DNA of 64,000 nt from an uncultured Pelagibacteraceae bacterium (GTDB lineage: Bacteria > Pseudomonadota > Alphaproteobacteria > Pelagibacterales > Pelagibacteraceae). Positions 49,527-59,498 of this stretch are shown here, in pieces. The notes under the pieces were generated by a model. It did not search any database, was not told the DNA's origin, and saw nothing but the letters and a program-made list of their open reading frames with translations. How positions within the stretch are numbered: the first letter of the stretch is position 1; every line of letters begins with the position of its first letter. The translations under genes were made by a program, and so were the position numbers. Location of the stretch: positions 281 to 64,280 of the forward strand of contig CABYKS010000001.1 of the NCBI GenBank assembly GCA_902519625.1, written 5' to 3'.

Positions 49527-49772
49527 ATGGATGATAATACAAAAAAGGAATTACAATCAGCAGCATTTGAAAGATTAATTGAACATCTTAGAGAAAGAAA
49601 AGATGTACAAAATTTAGATTTAATGAATTTAGCTGGATTTTGCAGAAATTGCTTATCAAAATGGTACAGGGAAGAAGCAGAAAAAAAAGGTATTTCAATA
49701 TCAGATCCTGATGCAAGAGAACATGTATATGGAATGCCTTATTCTGAGTGGAAAGAAAAATATCAAAAGTAA
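49527..49772 (+). CDS. DUF1244 family protein
   Basis: DVQNLDLMNLAGFCRNCLSKWY and VYGMPYSEWK. Confidence 0.88.
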   Translation: MDDNTKKELQSAAFERLIEHLRERKDVQNLDLMNLAGFCRNCLSKWYREEAEKKGISISDPDAREHVYGMPYSEWKEKYQK

Positions 49773-49785
49773 ATTTTATTAACTA

Positions 49786-50643
49786 GTGATAAAATTTCTT
49801 CCTTTAATATTTATTTTACTTTGGTCTTCAGCTTTTATAACAACAAAACCAATAGTTGATTACAGTGATCCTTTTGCAGCTTTAAGCTTTAGATTTTTAA
49901 TAGTTGCAATAGGATTCTATTTTTTTTCATTGTTTTCAAAACAAAAAGTTTTGGTTCATTCAAAAAATATTTTACCATCAATTTCTACAGGAGTGCTTTT
50001 TCATGGATTTTATCTTGGTGGTGTTTTTTATTCAATTTCGATAGGTCTTCCTACGGGAATTGCTGCTTTAATAGTTACGCTTCAGCCTGTATTAACAAAT
50101 GCTTTGGCTGGTCCTATTTTAAATGAAAAAATTACATGGAATAAATGGCTTGGAGTTTTTTTAGGATTTGTTGGAGCAGCTTTGGTTATTGGTTTTGATA
50201 TAGGTAAATCTTTACCAACTTTTGGAGTTGTTGCTGTAATTATTTCTTTGATTGCAGTTACTTCTGCAACACTATGGCAAAAAAAGATAAGTAATAATTT
50301 GCCTTTATCGGTTAGCAATATGTATCAAGCCTTAGGAGGTTTTTTATTTCATCTATTTATAATTATTTTTTTCATTCAAAAACCATTTATAAATTTTTCA
50401 AAAACTTTTGTAATCGCAATAAGTCATCAAATATTTTTAGTTTCCTTTGGAGCATTTACTATTTTAATGTATTTAATAAAAAAAAATTCAGCAAGCAAAA
50501 CTGTTTCCGTATTTTTTCTAATACCTCCTACTTCAGCTATTATGGCTTTTATTTTTTTAGGAGAAAATTTAGATTCTATAGATATATTTGGATTTTTAAT
50601 TGCAACCTTAGGAGTTTATATTGCAACAAGAGAAAAAAATTAA
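49786..50643 (+). CDS. EamA/DMT family transporter
   Basis: LWSSAF, HGFYLGG, LQPVLT and multi-TM pattern. Confidence 0.85.
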   Translation: MIKFLPLIFILLWSSAFITTKPIVDYSDPFAALSFRFLIVAIGFYFFSLFSKQKVLVHSKNILPSISTGVLFHGFYLGGVFYSISIGLPTGIAALIVTLQPVLTNALAGPILNEKITWNKWLGVFLGFVGAALVIGFDIGKSLPTFGVVAVIISLIAVTSATLWQKKISNNLPLSVSNMYQALGGFLFHLFIIIFFIQKPFINFSKTFVIAISHQIFLVSFGAFTILMYLIKKNSASKTVSVFFLIPPTSAIMAFIFLGENLDSIDIFGFLIATLGVYIATREKN

Positions 50644-50647
50644 AATT

Positions 50648-51148
50648 TTATTTTTCTTTAAGTCTTGGAAATAATTCTACAAAATTACAAGGTTTGTGAT
50701 TAATGTCTAATTGATGTACTAAAATTTCATCCCAAGCATCAGTTACTCCTCCGGAAGATCCTGGTAACGCAAATATATATTTGCCATTAGCTAGTATTGC
50801 GCACGCTCTTGATTGAATAGACGAAGTACCAACAGTTTTTAAACTTATTGTTCTAAATATCTCACCAAATCCAGGTATGTATTTATCTGCTATTTCATCT
50901 AATGCCTCAGGTGTAATGTCTCTTCCTGTCAATCCAGTGCCACCTGTTGTTATTATTACATCAATCTTTTTTTTCTTGGTCCAGTCTTTTAATATTTTTT
51001 TAATTGCTTTTTTGCTATCTTTACAAATTTTTCTATCTACTAAATTATGATTAGCCTTGTTTATTTTATCTACTAAAATATTTCCCGACTTATCGGTTTT
51101 TAAAGTTCTTGTATCGGTAACTGTTAATAATGCTATATTTACATTCAT
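50648..51148 (-). CDS. moaB: Molybdenum cofactor biosynthesis protein B
   Basis: LTVTDTR, TTGGTGLTGRDITPEA, LPGS and PCNFVE. Confidence 0.92.
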   Translation of the reverse strand: MNVNIALLTVTDTRTLKTDKSGNILVDKINKANHNLVDRKICKDSKKAIKKILKDWTKKKKIDVIITTGGTGLTGRDITPEALDEIADKYIPGFGEIFRTISLKTVGTSSIQSRACAILANGKYIFALPGSSGGVTDAWDEILVHQLDINHKPCNFVELFPRLKEK

Positions 51149-51157
51149 AAAATTTAA

Positions 51158-51904
51158 ATGATTATATTATCAATTTTATTTTTTGTAACTGCAATATTAT
51201 ATGCCAGTGTTGGTTTTGGTGGTGGGTCAACTTATCTAGCGCTTCTCCTAATATGGGGTGTACCCTACCATATTTTTCCAGTAATAGCTTTGATATGTAA
51301 TATATTTGTTGTTTCAGGAAATAGCTTTAATTACATAAAGGCTGGAAATTTAAATTTAAAATTATTGATACCTTATTTAATAGGTTCAATTCCTCTAGCT
51401 TTTATTGGTGGTTCTTTAGAAATAGATAAAAACCTATTCGAAATTTTTTTATTTATAATCTTAGCAATTGCTGGAACACTACTTTTAATAAATTTTAAAT
51501 CGTATGATGATAATAAATCGAGCTATAAAGATATTCCAATTTTAATATCAATTTTAATTGGAGGAATATTAGGTTTTGTTTCCGGAGTCGTTGGAATTGG
51601 GGGGGGAATATTTTTAAGTCCTATACTTTTTTTAATTAAAGCAGCAAAACCAAAACATATTGTTACAGCTGCTTCTTTATTTATTCTTATCAATTCTATA
51701 TCTGGAGTTATTGGTCAATTAACTAAAAATGTAGTTTTAAGTGATATATCTAACTACTGGTATTTATTTTTAATAGTAATTATTGGTGGTCATATTGGTA
51801 ATTTTATAAGTTTAAAAATATTTCCAACAAGGTTGCTTGCATTTGTTACATCTACCTTGGTATTATTCGTTGCTATTAGAATGGGTGTTAAATTATTTTT
51901 TTAA
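51158..51904 (+). CDS. TauE/SafE (TSUP) sulfite exporter family
   Basis: YASVGFGGGS and SGVVGIGGGIFLSP repeats; multi-TM. Confidence 0.85.
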   Translation: MIILSILFFVTAILYASVGFGGGSTYLALLLIWGVPYHIFPVIALICNIFVVSGNSFNYIKAGNLNLKLLIPYLIGSIPLAFIGGSLEIDKNLFEIFLFIILAIAGTLLLINFKSYDDNKSSYKDIPILISILIGGILGFVSGVVGIGGGIFLSPILFLIKAAKPKHIVTAASLFILINSISGVIGQLTKNVVLSDISNYWYLFLIVIIGGHIGNFISLKIFPTRLLAFVTSTLVLFVAIRMGVKLFF

Positions 51905-51905
51905 T

Positions 51906-52820
51906 ATGGATTTAAAGTATTTTAAAAAAACCAAAATTTTAGATGCTGGTATGGGTCAAGAGTTGCTTGCAAGAGGACTTATAACCAAAGGAACTCTTTG
52001 GTCGGCTACTTCATTAATAGATGAGAAGTTTAATAGCTTAGTAGTTGATACACATCTATCTTCTATTAGAGCAGGAGCCGATGTAATATTAACAAATACT
52101 TTTACTACAAGAAGAGTGAGAATGGTTCAAAATCAAGTTGGGGACCTTTTTCAATTTGCAAACCAAAAAGCTTGTGAGCTTGCTATAAAGGCAAGAGAAT
52201 TATCAAAAAAAAATATTCTAATCGCAGGCAGTCTTCCTGCTCAAAACGATACATATGAGGTTGATAAAAGAGACAAAAATATAATTGAAAAAGATTTTTT
52301 TGATCAAGCTACTATTATTAATCCTTATATTGATTTTTTTTATTTAGATGTAATTTCTAGCGGAAGAGAAGTCGAGGTAGCATTAAATGTTATTGATAAA
52401 TTAAATAAACCAGTTCTAGTTGGCTTACATTTAAAAAAAAATGGTATGCTTCCATCTGGTGAAACAATTACAGAAATAGTAAAAAAATATAAAAATACTA
52501 AATGGTTAGGGGTAGTTTCTGCATGCGTATCATTAGAAATAATAGAACAAACGGTGGATGAATTAAAAAGCTTAGATATACCATTTGGTTTTAAAGCAAA
52601 TTTATGGGCTGTGGAAGAACCCTTGCCTGTGCACAGATTTAATACAGCTGGATATAATGAGATTGGGGAAAATCCAAATATTACTTTAGGAAAAAGAGAA
52701 ATTACGGGTAAAGTTTTTTGTCAATTCGCAAAAAAAATTAGCAAAAAAGGTGCAACAATTTTAGGAGGTTGTTGTGAGACTGATTCATCTCATATTAAAG
52801 AATTATCTAAACTGAAGTAA
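51906..52820 (+). CDS. Homocysteine S-methyltransferase family protein
   Basis: ILDAGMGQEL, AGADVILTNTF, IAGSLP and Zn-ligand GGCC. True start is MDLK at 51906. Confidence 0.85.
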   Translation: MDLKYFKKTKILDAGMGQELLARGLITKGTLWSATSLIDEKFNSLVVDTHLSSIRAGADVILTNTFTTRRVRMVQNQVGDLFQFANQKACELAIKARELSKKNILIAGSLPAQNDTYEVDKRDKNIIEKDFFDQATIINPYIDFFYLDVISSGREVEVALNVIDKLNKPVLVGLHLKKNGMLPSGETITEIVKKYKNTKWLGVVSACVSLEIIEQTVDELKSLDIPFGFKANLWAVEEPLPVHRFNTAGYNEIGENPNITLGKREITGKVFCQFAKKISKKGATILGGCCETDSSHIKELSKLK

Positions 52821-53700
52821 CTTTTGTTTTATTTGATGTTTTAACTAAATAAATTCCTAAAATAACTAATAGTAGTGAAACAATAACTTTTGAAGTTATA
52901 AGTTCATTTAAAAATATATATCCAAGAATAACTCCAAATATTGGAATTAAATAAGCAACTTGAGATTGGAAAACTAAACCATTATTTTTTAAAATATTAA
53001 ATCTTAATAACCATGCAACTCCAGTAGGGAAAACTCCAAGGTACAATAATGCAATCATTGAATCTACACTTGGAGATAGATTCCAAGGTTGTTCAAAATA
53101 CATTGAGATCGGAAATACAATTATTGATCCCCAAATTAATATTGATGCTGTAACATTTTCATTTTTCTTTTTACTTATTTTTAAAGTTAAAATTCCCCCA
53201 ATAACATAACATGTAGAACCCAATAAAATTGAGAGAGCATAAAGTATATTTTCTGGATTAATTAATACCTTGTCTGAAAATAAAAAAACTATTCCTGAAA
53301 ATCCAATTAATATTCCAACACTCTTAAACCAATTAAATTTTTCATTTTCAGTAAAAAAATGAGCAAGTATAGTTGCACTTAAAGGTGTAGTAGCCATAAG
53401 AATTGCAGCAAGATTACTTTGTACTTTTTGAACACCATAAGCGATTAAAAAAAATGGTATTACTAGATTTATGAATCCAATCGATGCAAACCATAACCAG
53501 TCTTTTGAAAATGCTTCAATCTTTATTCTTTTTGCTAAACACAAAAGTACAACTGGTATTGCACCAAGAAAAATTCTAAAAAATGCAATTGTTACAGGTC
53601 CAAAAGAATATGTTGCAATTTTAATATTAAAAAATGCAGATGCCCAAATCAAAGATAAGGTTCCTAGTAGTAAATAATCTAGGGTTTTTGGATTTCTCAT
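52807..53700 (-). CDS. EamA/DMT family transporter
   Basis: IWASAF, PFFLIAY and YLIP motifs. Confidence 0.85.
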   Translation of the reverse strand: MRNPKTLDYLLLGTLSLIWASAFFNIKIATYSFGPVTIAFFRIFLGAIPVVLLCLAKRIKIEAFSKDWLWFASIGFINLVIPFFLIAYGVQKVQSNLAAILMATTPLSATILAHFFTENEKFNWFKSVGILIGFSGIVFLFSDKVLINPENILYALSILLGSTCYVIGGILTLKISKKKNENVTASILIWGSIIVFPISMYFEQPWNLSPSVDSMIALLYLGVFPTGVAWLLRFNILKNNGLVFQSQVAYLIPIFGVILGYIFLNELITSKVIVSLLLVILGIYLVKTSNKTKVTSV

Positions 53701-54179
53701 TCAGATATATCTTTGACTGATCCTTTTGTAATTTTACAAAGATTATCAAAATTAATTTTGAAAATACTATAAGGATGACCTGCGGCCGCAAATAGATTTG
53801 TAAATCTTGCTAATGAATCGTCTATAAAAATATCAACTTTATTTAAATGACCCACTGGAGAAACTCCTCCAATTGTAAAGCCTGTTATTTCTTTTACTTG
53901 ATCAGCGTTAGCCATACTTACATCTTTTTCATTTAGCAATTTTTTTATTTTATTTAAGGAACACCTCTTATCACCCGCAACTAAACATAACAAGAATGAG
54001 CTTTGTCTTCTAAGTAATAAGCTTTTTACGATAGAGCCAATTTCAGTTTTTAAACTTTCTGCAGCATCTTTTGCTGTTCTGGCTGTTGTATCCAAGTTTT
54101 GGATTTTTATTGATTGATCAAAATCATTCAAAACCTTCGATACCCTCTTTACCGATTCTTTATTTAATAAATCTTCCAT
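53697..54179 (-). CDS. YbaK/EbsC aminoacyl-tRNA deacylase family
   Basis: IVKSLL, TGFTIGGVSPVG and AAAG. Confidence 0.88.
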   Translation of the reverse strand: MEDLLNKESVKRVSKVLNDFDQSIKIQNLDTTARTAKDAAESLKTEIGSIVKSLLLRRQSSFLLCLVAGDKRCSLNKIKKLLNEKDVSMANADQVKEITGFTIGGVSPVGHLNKVDIFIDDSLARFTNLFAAAGHPYSIFKINFDNLCKITKGSVKDISE

Positions 54180-54326
54180 TCAACTAATAATTGTAACAAT
54201 TTGTGAATTGATAATTTCATATTAATAGCCATTTATCCATGTAAGAAATGCATAGGTGATATCTTATTATATTATCTTCTTATTACCGCATTTTTTGATA
54301 ATAAGATCATATTAGTTAAAGAAATT

Positions 54327-55733
54327 ATGAGTTCAAACAAAGTACTAAAATTAATGAAAGACAAAGAGATTGAATTTGTCGACTTAAGGTTCACTGATCC
54401 TAGAGGTAAATTACAACATTTAACCATGGACTCAACAATTGTTGATGACGACATGCTTAACGATGGTGTATTTTTTGATGGATCATCAATAGCTGGGTGG
54501 AAGGCTATTAACGAGTCAGACATGATTTTAAAACCTGATTTAAGTAGACAAGTAATTGATCCTTATACTTCACATAATACTCTTATTATTTTTTGCGATA
54601 TCTTAGATGCAGTAAAAAAAACTCCTTATGAAAGAGATCCAAGAGGAATAGCTAAAAAAGCTGAAGCATATTTAAAAAAATCTGGCGTTGGTGATAAAGC
54701 TTATTTTGGTCCTGAGCCAGAATTTTTTGTATTTGATGATGTAAAAATAAAAAATGAAATGAATGAAATAGGATTTAAGATTGATAGTTCAGAAGGTCCT
54801 TACAATTCAGGTAAAAATTATGAAAATGGAAATATGGGACATAGACCTGGAGTAAAAGGTGGATATTTTCCAGTACCACCAGTTGACAGTGCTCAAGACA
54901 TGAGGGGTGAGTATTTAAAAGGTTTAAGAGAAGTTGGTATTACAGTTGAAAAACACCATCATGAAGTGGCTCCAAGTCAACATGAACTTGGAATGTTATA
55001 TAATACTTTAGTAACACAAGCAGATAATGTTCAGTTATATAAATATGTAGTTCAAATGGTTTCTCACTCTTTTGGAAAAACTGCAACCTTTATGCCTAAA
55101 CCTGTAAAAGGTGATAATGGTTCAGGAATGCATACACACCAATCAATTTGGAAAGGTAAAACTCCAATATTTTCTGGAGATAAATATGCAGGTTTATCAG
55201 AAACTGCACTTCACTATATTGGCGGGATCTTAAAACATGCTAAAGCTATTAATGCTTTTTCAAATGCTACAACAAATAGTTACAAAAGATTAATTCCAGG
55301 ATTCGAAGCTCCGGTTTTATTAGCTTACTCAGCAAGAAACAGATCTGCTTCATGTAGGATTCCAATTACATTAAGTAAAAAGGGTGCAAGATGCGAAATT
55401 AGATTTCCTGATGCTGCAGGAAACCCTTATTTAACTTTTTCAGCAATGTTAATGGCAGGATTAGATGGAATTAAAAATAAAATTAATCCAGGAAAACCTC
55501 TTGATGAAGATTTGTACGCTTTACCAGAAGATAAAGTAAAAAACATTCCAACAGTTTGTGGTTCTCTAAGAGAAGCCATGGAAAGTTTAGATAGAGATAG
55601 AGGTTTTTTAAAACAAGGTGGTGTATTTTCTGATGACCAAATCGATGCGTTTATTGCATTAAAATTTGAGGAAATTTACAACCTTGAACACACTCCGCAC
55701 CCTATGGAGTTTGAAATGTATTACAGCTCTTAA
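54327..55733 (+). CDS. glnA: Glutamine synthetase type I
   Basis: FDGSSIAGW, HHHEVA, TFMPKP, DNGSGMH, YKRLIPGFEAP and DLY adenylylation motif. Confidence 0.97.
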   Translation: MSSNKVLKLMKDKEIEFVDLRFTDPRGKLQHLTMDSTIVDDDMLNDGVFFDGSSIAGWKAINESDMILKPDLSRQVIDPYTSHNTLIIFCDILDAVKKTPYERDPRGIAKKAEAYLKKSGVGDKAYFGPEPEFFVFDDVKIKNEMNEIGFKIDSSEGPYNSGKNYENGNMGHRPGVKGGYFPVPPVDSAQDMRGEYLKGLREVGITVEKHHHEVAPSQHELGMLYNTLVTQADNVQLYKYVVQMVSHSFGKTATFMPKPVKGDNGSGMHTHQSIWKGKTPIFSGDKYAGLSETALHYIGGILKHAKAINAFSNATTNSYKRLIPGFEAPVLLAYSARNRSASCRIPITLSKKGARCEIRFPDAAGNPYLTFSAMLMAGLDGIKNKINPGKPLDEDLYALPEDKVKNIPTVCGSLREAMESLDRDRGFLKQGGVFSDDQIDAFIALKFEEIYNLEHTPHPMEFEMYYSS

Positions 55734-55734
55734 A

Positions 55735-55923
55735 TTATTTTTTACTTTTTAATATTTTATCGTCAGCAATTTTATTCTTATTAACACCTTTTTTTATAGT
55801 GTATTCTAAAGTACCGTGGGCCCCAGCTTCAACTGCTTTACGTTGAGTTCTGAATAGTTCCTTTTCCTTTTTGCTTTCTGCTAATTTGTTAGCGTGTTTT
55901 TCTAAATGTTTAGTATCTCTCAT
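55735..55923 (-). CDS. Small basic hypothetical protein
   Basis: 62-aa ORF, last in the suf run, filling the gap to the glnA stop. Confidence 0.55.
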   Translation of the reverse strand: MRDTKHLEKHANKLAESKKEKELFRTQRKAVEAGAHGTLEYTIKKGVNKNKIADDKILKSKK

Positions 55924-55932
55924 TAATAATCA

Positions 55933-56268
55933 TTATATCTTAAATGATTCTCCACATCCACATCTTTCAGTTTCGTTTGGATTTTTAAAGACAAAAGATG
56001 AGGAAAATTCTTCTTTTTTGTAGTCCATTTCAGTGCCTAAAAGATACATAATAGCGCCAGGATCTACAAAAAGTTTCACCCCTTTTTCCTCAATTATTTC
56101 GTCATTTGGGTTAATTTCTTTTGTGTATTCCATTATATAAGACATGCCTGCACAACCACCAGATTTAACACCCACTCTTACTCCAACAGCATTACTTTCT
56201 GCTTTTGACATAATTTCTTTTATCCTTTGTGCAGCTTGATCGCTAAGTGTAATGACTTGTTTTATCAT
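55933..56268 (-). CDS. sufA: A-type Fe-S carrier (SufA/IscA)
   Basis: GGCAG and CGCGESF. Confidence 0.92.
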   Translation of the reverse strand: MIKQVITLSDQAAQRIKEIMSKAESNAVGVRVGVKSGGCAGMSYIMEYTKEINPNDEIIEEKGVKLFVDPGAIMYLLGTEMDYKKEEFSSSFVFKNPNETERCGCGESFKI

Positions 56269-56564
56269 AAATTTAATTCTAGTTTTGCTGACTCTGTCAT
56301 CATTGATTTATCCCATGGCGGTTCCCAAACTAAGTTTAAATCAACATCGTTCACTTCTTTTATTTCTTTAACACTATTTTTTACTTCATTTGGTAAACTT
56401 TCAGCAACTGGACAATTTGGAGAAGTTAAAGTCATATCTATTTTTACATTATTATCTTTGTCAACATTTATATCGTAAATTAAACCAAGTTCATAAATAT
56501 TAACTGGTATTTCCGGGTCATAAATCTTTTTAATTTCTACAATAACTTTATCTTTTAATTCCAT
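56265..56564 (-). CDS. sufT: DUF59 Fe-S assembly protein (SufT)
   Basis: DPEIPVNIYELGLIY, TLTSPNCP and WEPPW. Confidence 0.88.
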   Translation of the reverse strand: MELKDKVIVEIKKIYDPEIPVNIYELGLIYDINVDKDNNVKIDMTLTSPNCPVAESLPNEVKNSVKEIKEVNDVDLNLVWEPPWDKSMMTESAKLELNL

Positions 56565-57037
56565 TAGGTCTCCATATTTTCAGTATTAATTTCATTTTGA
56601 AAATTATCTATAGCTGATGTTAATGTGTGCCAGGATAGAGTTGCACATTTAACTCTCATTGGATACTGTTTTACTCCTGACAAACACATCAATTTAGTTT
56701 TTTCATCATCTTTTAAAAGATTTGTTTTAATTTCATTTTTTTCTTTAATCATTTCTAAAAAATCTTTTACTATTTCTTTTACATCATTTTCTTCTTTTCC
56801 TCTAAGCAAATCAGTCATTATAGATGCTGAAGCCATGGAAATTGCACAACCTTCACCTTCAAATGAAATATCTTCTACTTTTTTATTTTCATTTAATTTT
56901 AAATATATATGCACTTTGTCGCCACATAATGGGTTATGTCCTTTAGCATCTTTATTAAAATTTTCTGTTTTTCTTAGATTTCTAGGATTTTTTCCGTGAT
57001 CTAAAATTATTTCTTGATAAAGTTCTTTTAAGTTCAT
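56564..57037 (-). CDS. sufU: SufU (NifU-like) sulfur transfer protein
   Basis: LYQEIILDH, NPLCGD, GCAIS and RVKCA. Confidence 0.92.
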   Translation of the reverse strand: MNLKELYQEIILDHGKNPRNLRKTENFNKDAKGHNPLCGDKVHIYLKLNENKKVEDISFEGEGCAISMASASIMTDLLRGKEENDVKEIVKDFLEMIKEKNEIKTNLLKDDEKTKLMCLSGVKQYPMRVKCATLSWHTLTSAIDNFQNEINTENMET

Positions 57038-58254
57038 TTTAATTCAAATATTTTTTTACATTTATTGATTGATGAATTTAATTTATCAAGATCATCCTTG
57101 GTATTGTAAATTCCTAATGATGCCCTTGCTGAAGCAGCTATATCAAGTTTGTCATGTAATATTTGACAACAGTGATGACCAGCTCTTATGGCAACACCAT
57201 CTTCATCTAAAATAGTTGCTATATCATGAGGATGTATTCCATCAATGGTAAAGGAGAGAACAGATCCTTTTGTTTTTGGATTTCCAATTAATTTAACAGA
57301 ATTATTTTTTCTCAGTATCTCCTGACCATATTCAATAAGCTCTTTTTCATGTTTAATAATATTATCCATTCCTATTTTATTTAAAAATTTAATAGATTCA
57401 TTAAATGCTATCACTTGCGCTGTTGCCATCGTCCCAGCCTCATATTTATTTGGTAAATCACCGTATGTTATACCATCCTTTTTAACCTCACCAATCATCC
57501 CACCACCACCTTGATATGGTGGTAATTCCTCTAACCATTTTTTTTTTGCATACAGAATACCCAATCCTGTTGGCCCATACATTTTATGACATGAGATAGC
57601 ATAAAAGTCACAATCTAAGTCTTGCATATCTAATTTTAAATGCGGAGCTCCCTGACAACCATCTACCAATACTGGTATATTTTTTGAATGAGCTAGTTGA
57701 ACTATTTCTTTAATTGGTAAAATAGCTCCAGTAACGTTTGATAAATGAGTTACTCCAATAATTTTGGTTTTTGGTGTAATTTTTTTTTCTATACTCTCTA
57801 AAGTAACTTCTCCATCTTCATTTATCTCAGCAAACTCTATTTTAATACCTTTCGATTTTCTCAAATAATGCCAAGGAACATAGTTTGAGTGATGTTCAAG
57901 CTCAGTTAATAAAACTTCGTCACCCTCTTGCAAATGATTTTGACCAAAAGTACTTGCCACCAAATTTATCGCTTCAGTAGCTCCTTTAGTAAAAACAATT
58001 TCATTTGCATCTTTTGCATTAATAAATTTTTGAACTGATGTTCTAGTATTTTCATATAAATTAGTTGCTGCAACCGCAAGGTAATGAACACTTCTTCCAA
58101 CATTAGAAAATTCTTTAGTATAAAAATCATAAATTCTATCAACAACTACTCTTGGCTTTTGTGAAGAATTTGCACTATCTAGATATACAAGATCATTATT
58201 GTGAACTTTATTATCAAATATAGGAAACTCTTTTTTTATATTACTAATGTTCAT
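57034..58254 (-). CDS. sufS: Cysteine desulfurase SufS
   Basis: YLDSA, EHHSN, SCHKMYGP and RAGHHC. Confidence 0.93.
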   Translation of the reverse strand: MNISNIKKEFPIFDNKVHNNDLVYLDSANSSQKPRVVVDRIYDFYTKEFSNVGRSVHYLAVAATNLYENTRTSVQKFINAKDANEIVFTKGATEAINLVASTFGQNHLQEGDEVLLTELEHHSNYVPWHYLRKSKGIKIEFAEINEDGEVTLESIEKKITPKTKIIGVTHLSNVTGAILPIKEIVQLAHSKNIPVLVDGCQGAPHLKLDMQDLDCDFYAISCHKMYGPTGLGILYAKKKWLEELPPYQGGGGMIGEVKKDGITYGDLPNKYEAGTMATAQVIAFNESIKFLNKIGMDNIIKHEKELIEYGQEILRKNNSVKLIGNPKTKGSVLSFTIDGIHPHDIATILDEDGVAIRAGHHCCQILHDKLDIAASARASLGIYNTKDDLDKLNSSINKCKKIFELK

Positions 58255-59498
58255 TGTTTTAAGCTCATAATATTTTTTATTAGGTTTTTTATTTCAGAAT
58301 CTGTAATTTTTTCTACAACATCTAATAGGAAACCATTAATTAAAAGTTTTTTTGCTTCTTTATAGTTTAACCCTCTGGACATTAGATAAAATATTGAATC
58401 TTCATTTAAACTTCCAGATGCAGAGCCATGAGAACATTTAACATCATCTGCATAAATTTCTAATTCTGGCTTAGCATTAAATTCAGTATTATCATTTAAT
58501 AAAATAGCTTTACTCAATTGATAGCCATCTGTTTTTTGAGCTTTAGAATCAACAAAAATTTTTCCTTGATAAACTGCTTTGGATGTATCTTCTAAAACAC
58601 CTTTGATTAATTGATAACTTTTAGTGTTTTCAACTATATGATTTATATTAGTTTTAATTTCATGATGTTTTGTTTCATTTAAGATAAAAACTCCATTCAC
58701 AAATGCTGAAGAATATTTTCCATTAAGATTACAATTTATTTCATTTTTTATAAATTCTGATCCAGATGATAGAAGGAATATTTCTGATACACTATTGGCA
58801 TCTTGGCTAATATTATTGAAACAATATTTTATATTACTATTTGAGTTATTATCAATTTTATAATTTTTTAAGATAGAATTTTTTTGGACATTGAAGTTAT
58901 AATTGATATTTATAAAATTAGTAGTTGATTTATCATTAGAGAACTCAATAAGTTTTAAAGAACTATTTTCTTCAAGAAATATATCAACCTTTAAATTAAT
59001 ATTTTTTGAAACTAAATCTTTATTGGTAATATTGTAAATAACTAAGGGTTTTTGAAGTGAATAGTTTTTTTTGACTATTAGTTTAAAATATTTACTTACA
59101 AATGCATTATTCAAAAAAAGCAAAGAATTAGTGGTATTGTTGGATTTTTCTAAAACTAAATCATCTAATATTTCAATTTTATTTTTTTCTTCATAATCAA
59201 ACTCTATTTTTTCTATTCTACCATTTACAAAAACAAGTTTATTATGTTCTAAACCATCAATATAAATGGACTGATCTATTTTATTTGGTTTTGATAAATC
59301 GTTATAAAAACTTAAATTTTTAATATTTTTAGAAATTATTTGATTAAGATCTGAAAATTTCCAATTTTCCTCTCTTCTATTGGGAAAACCTTTTTCAATA
59401 AAATTATCAAAATTTTTTCTTTTAATTTCAGCATTCTTTTTAGAAAAATTTGAGTTTTCTAGTAATTTTTCAAAATCTATTTTTAATTGTTCTTCCAT
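58251..59498 (-). CDS. sufD: SufD
   Basis: ENWKF, KPELEIYADDVKCSHG and FYLMSRG. Confidence 0.92.
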   Translation of the reverse strand: MEEQLKIDFEKLLENSNFSKKNAEIKRKNFDNFIEKGFPNRREENWKFSDLNQIISKNIKNLSFYNDLSKPNKIDQSIYIDGLEHNKLVFVNGRIEKIEFDYEEKNKIEILDDLVLEKSNNTTNSLLFLNNAFVSKYFKLIVKKNYSLQKPLVIYNITNKDLVSKNINLKVDIFLEENSSLKLIEFSNDKSTTNFININYNFNVQKNSILKNYKIDNNSNSNIKYCFNNISQDANSVSEIFLLSSGSEFIKNEINCNLNGKYSSAFVNGVFILNETKHHEIKTNINHIVENTKSYQLIKGVLEDTSKAVYQGKIFVDSKAQKTDGYQLSKAILLNDNTEFNAKPELEIYADDVKCSHGSASGSLNEDSIFYLMSRGLNYKEAKKLLINGFLLDVVEKITDSEIKNLIKNIMSLKQ

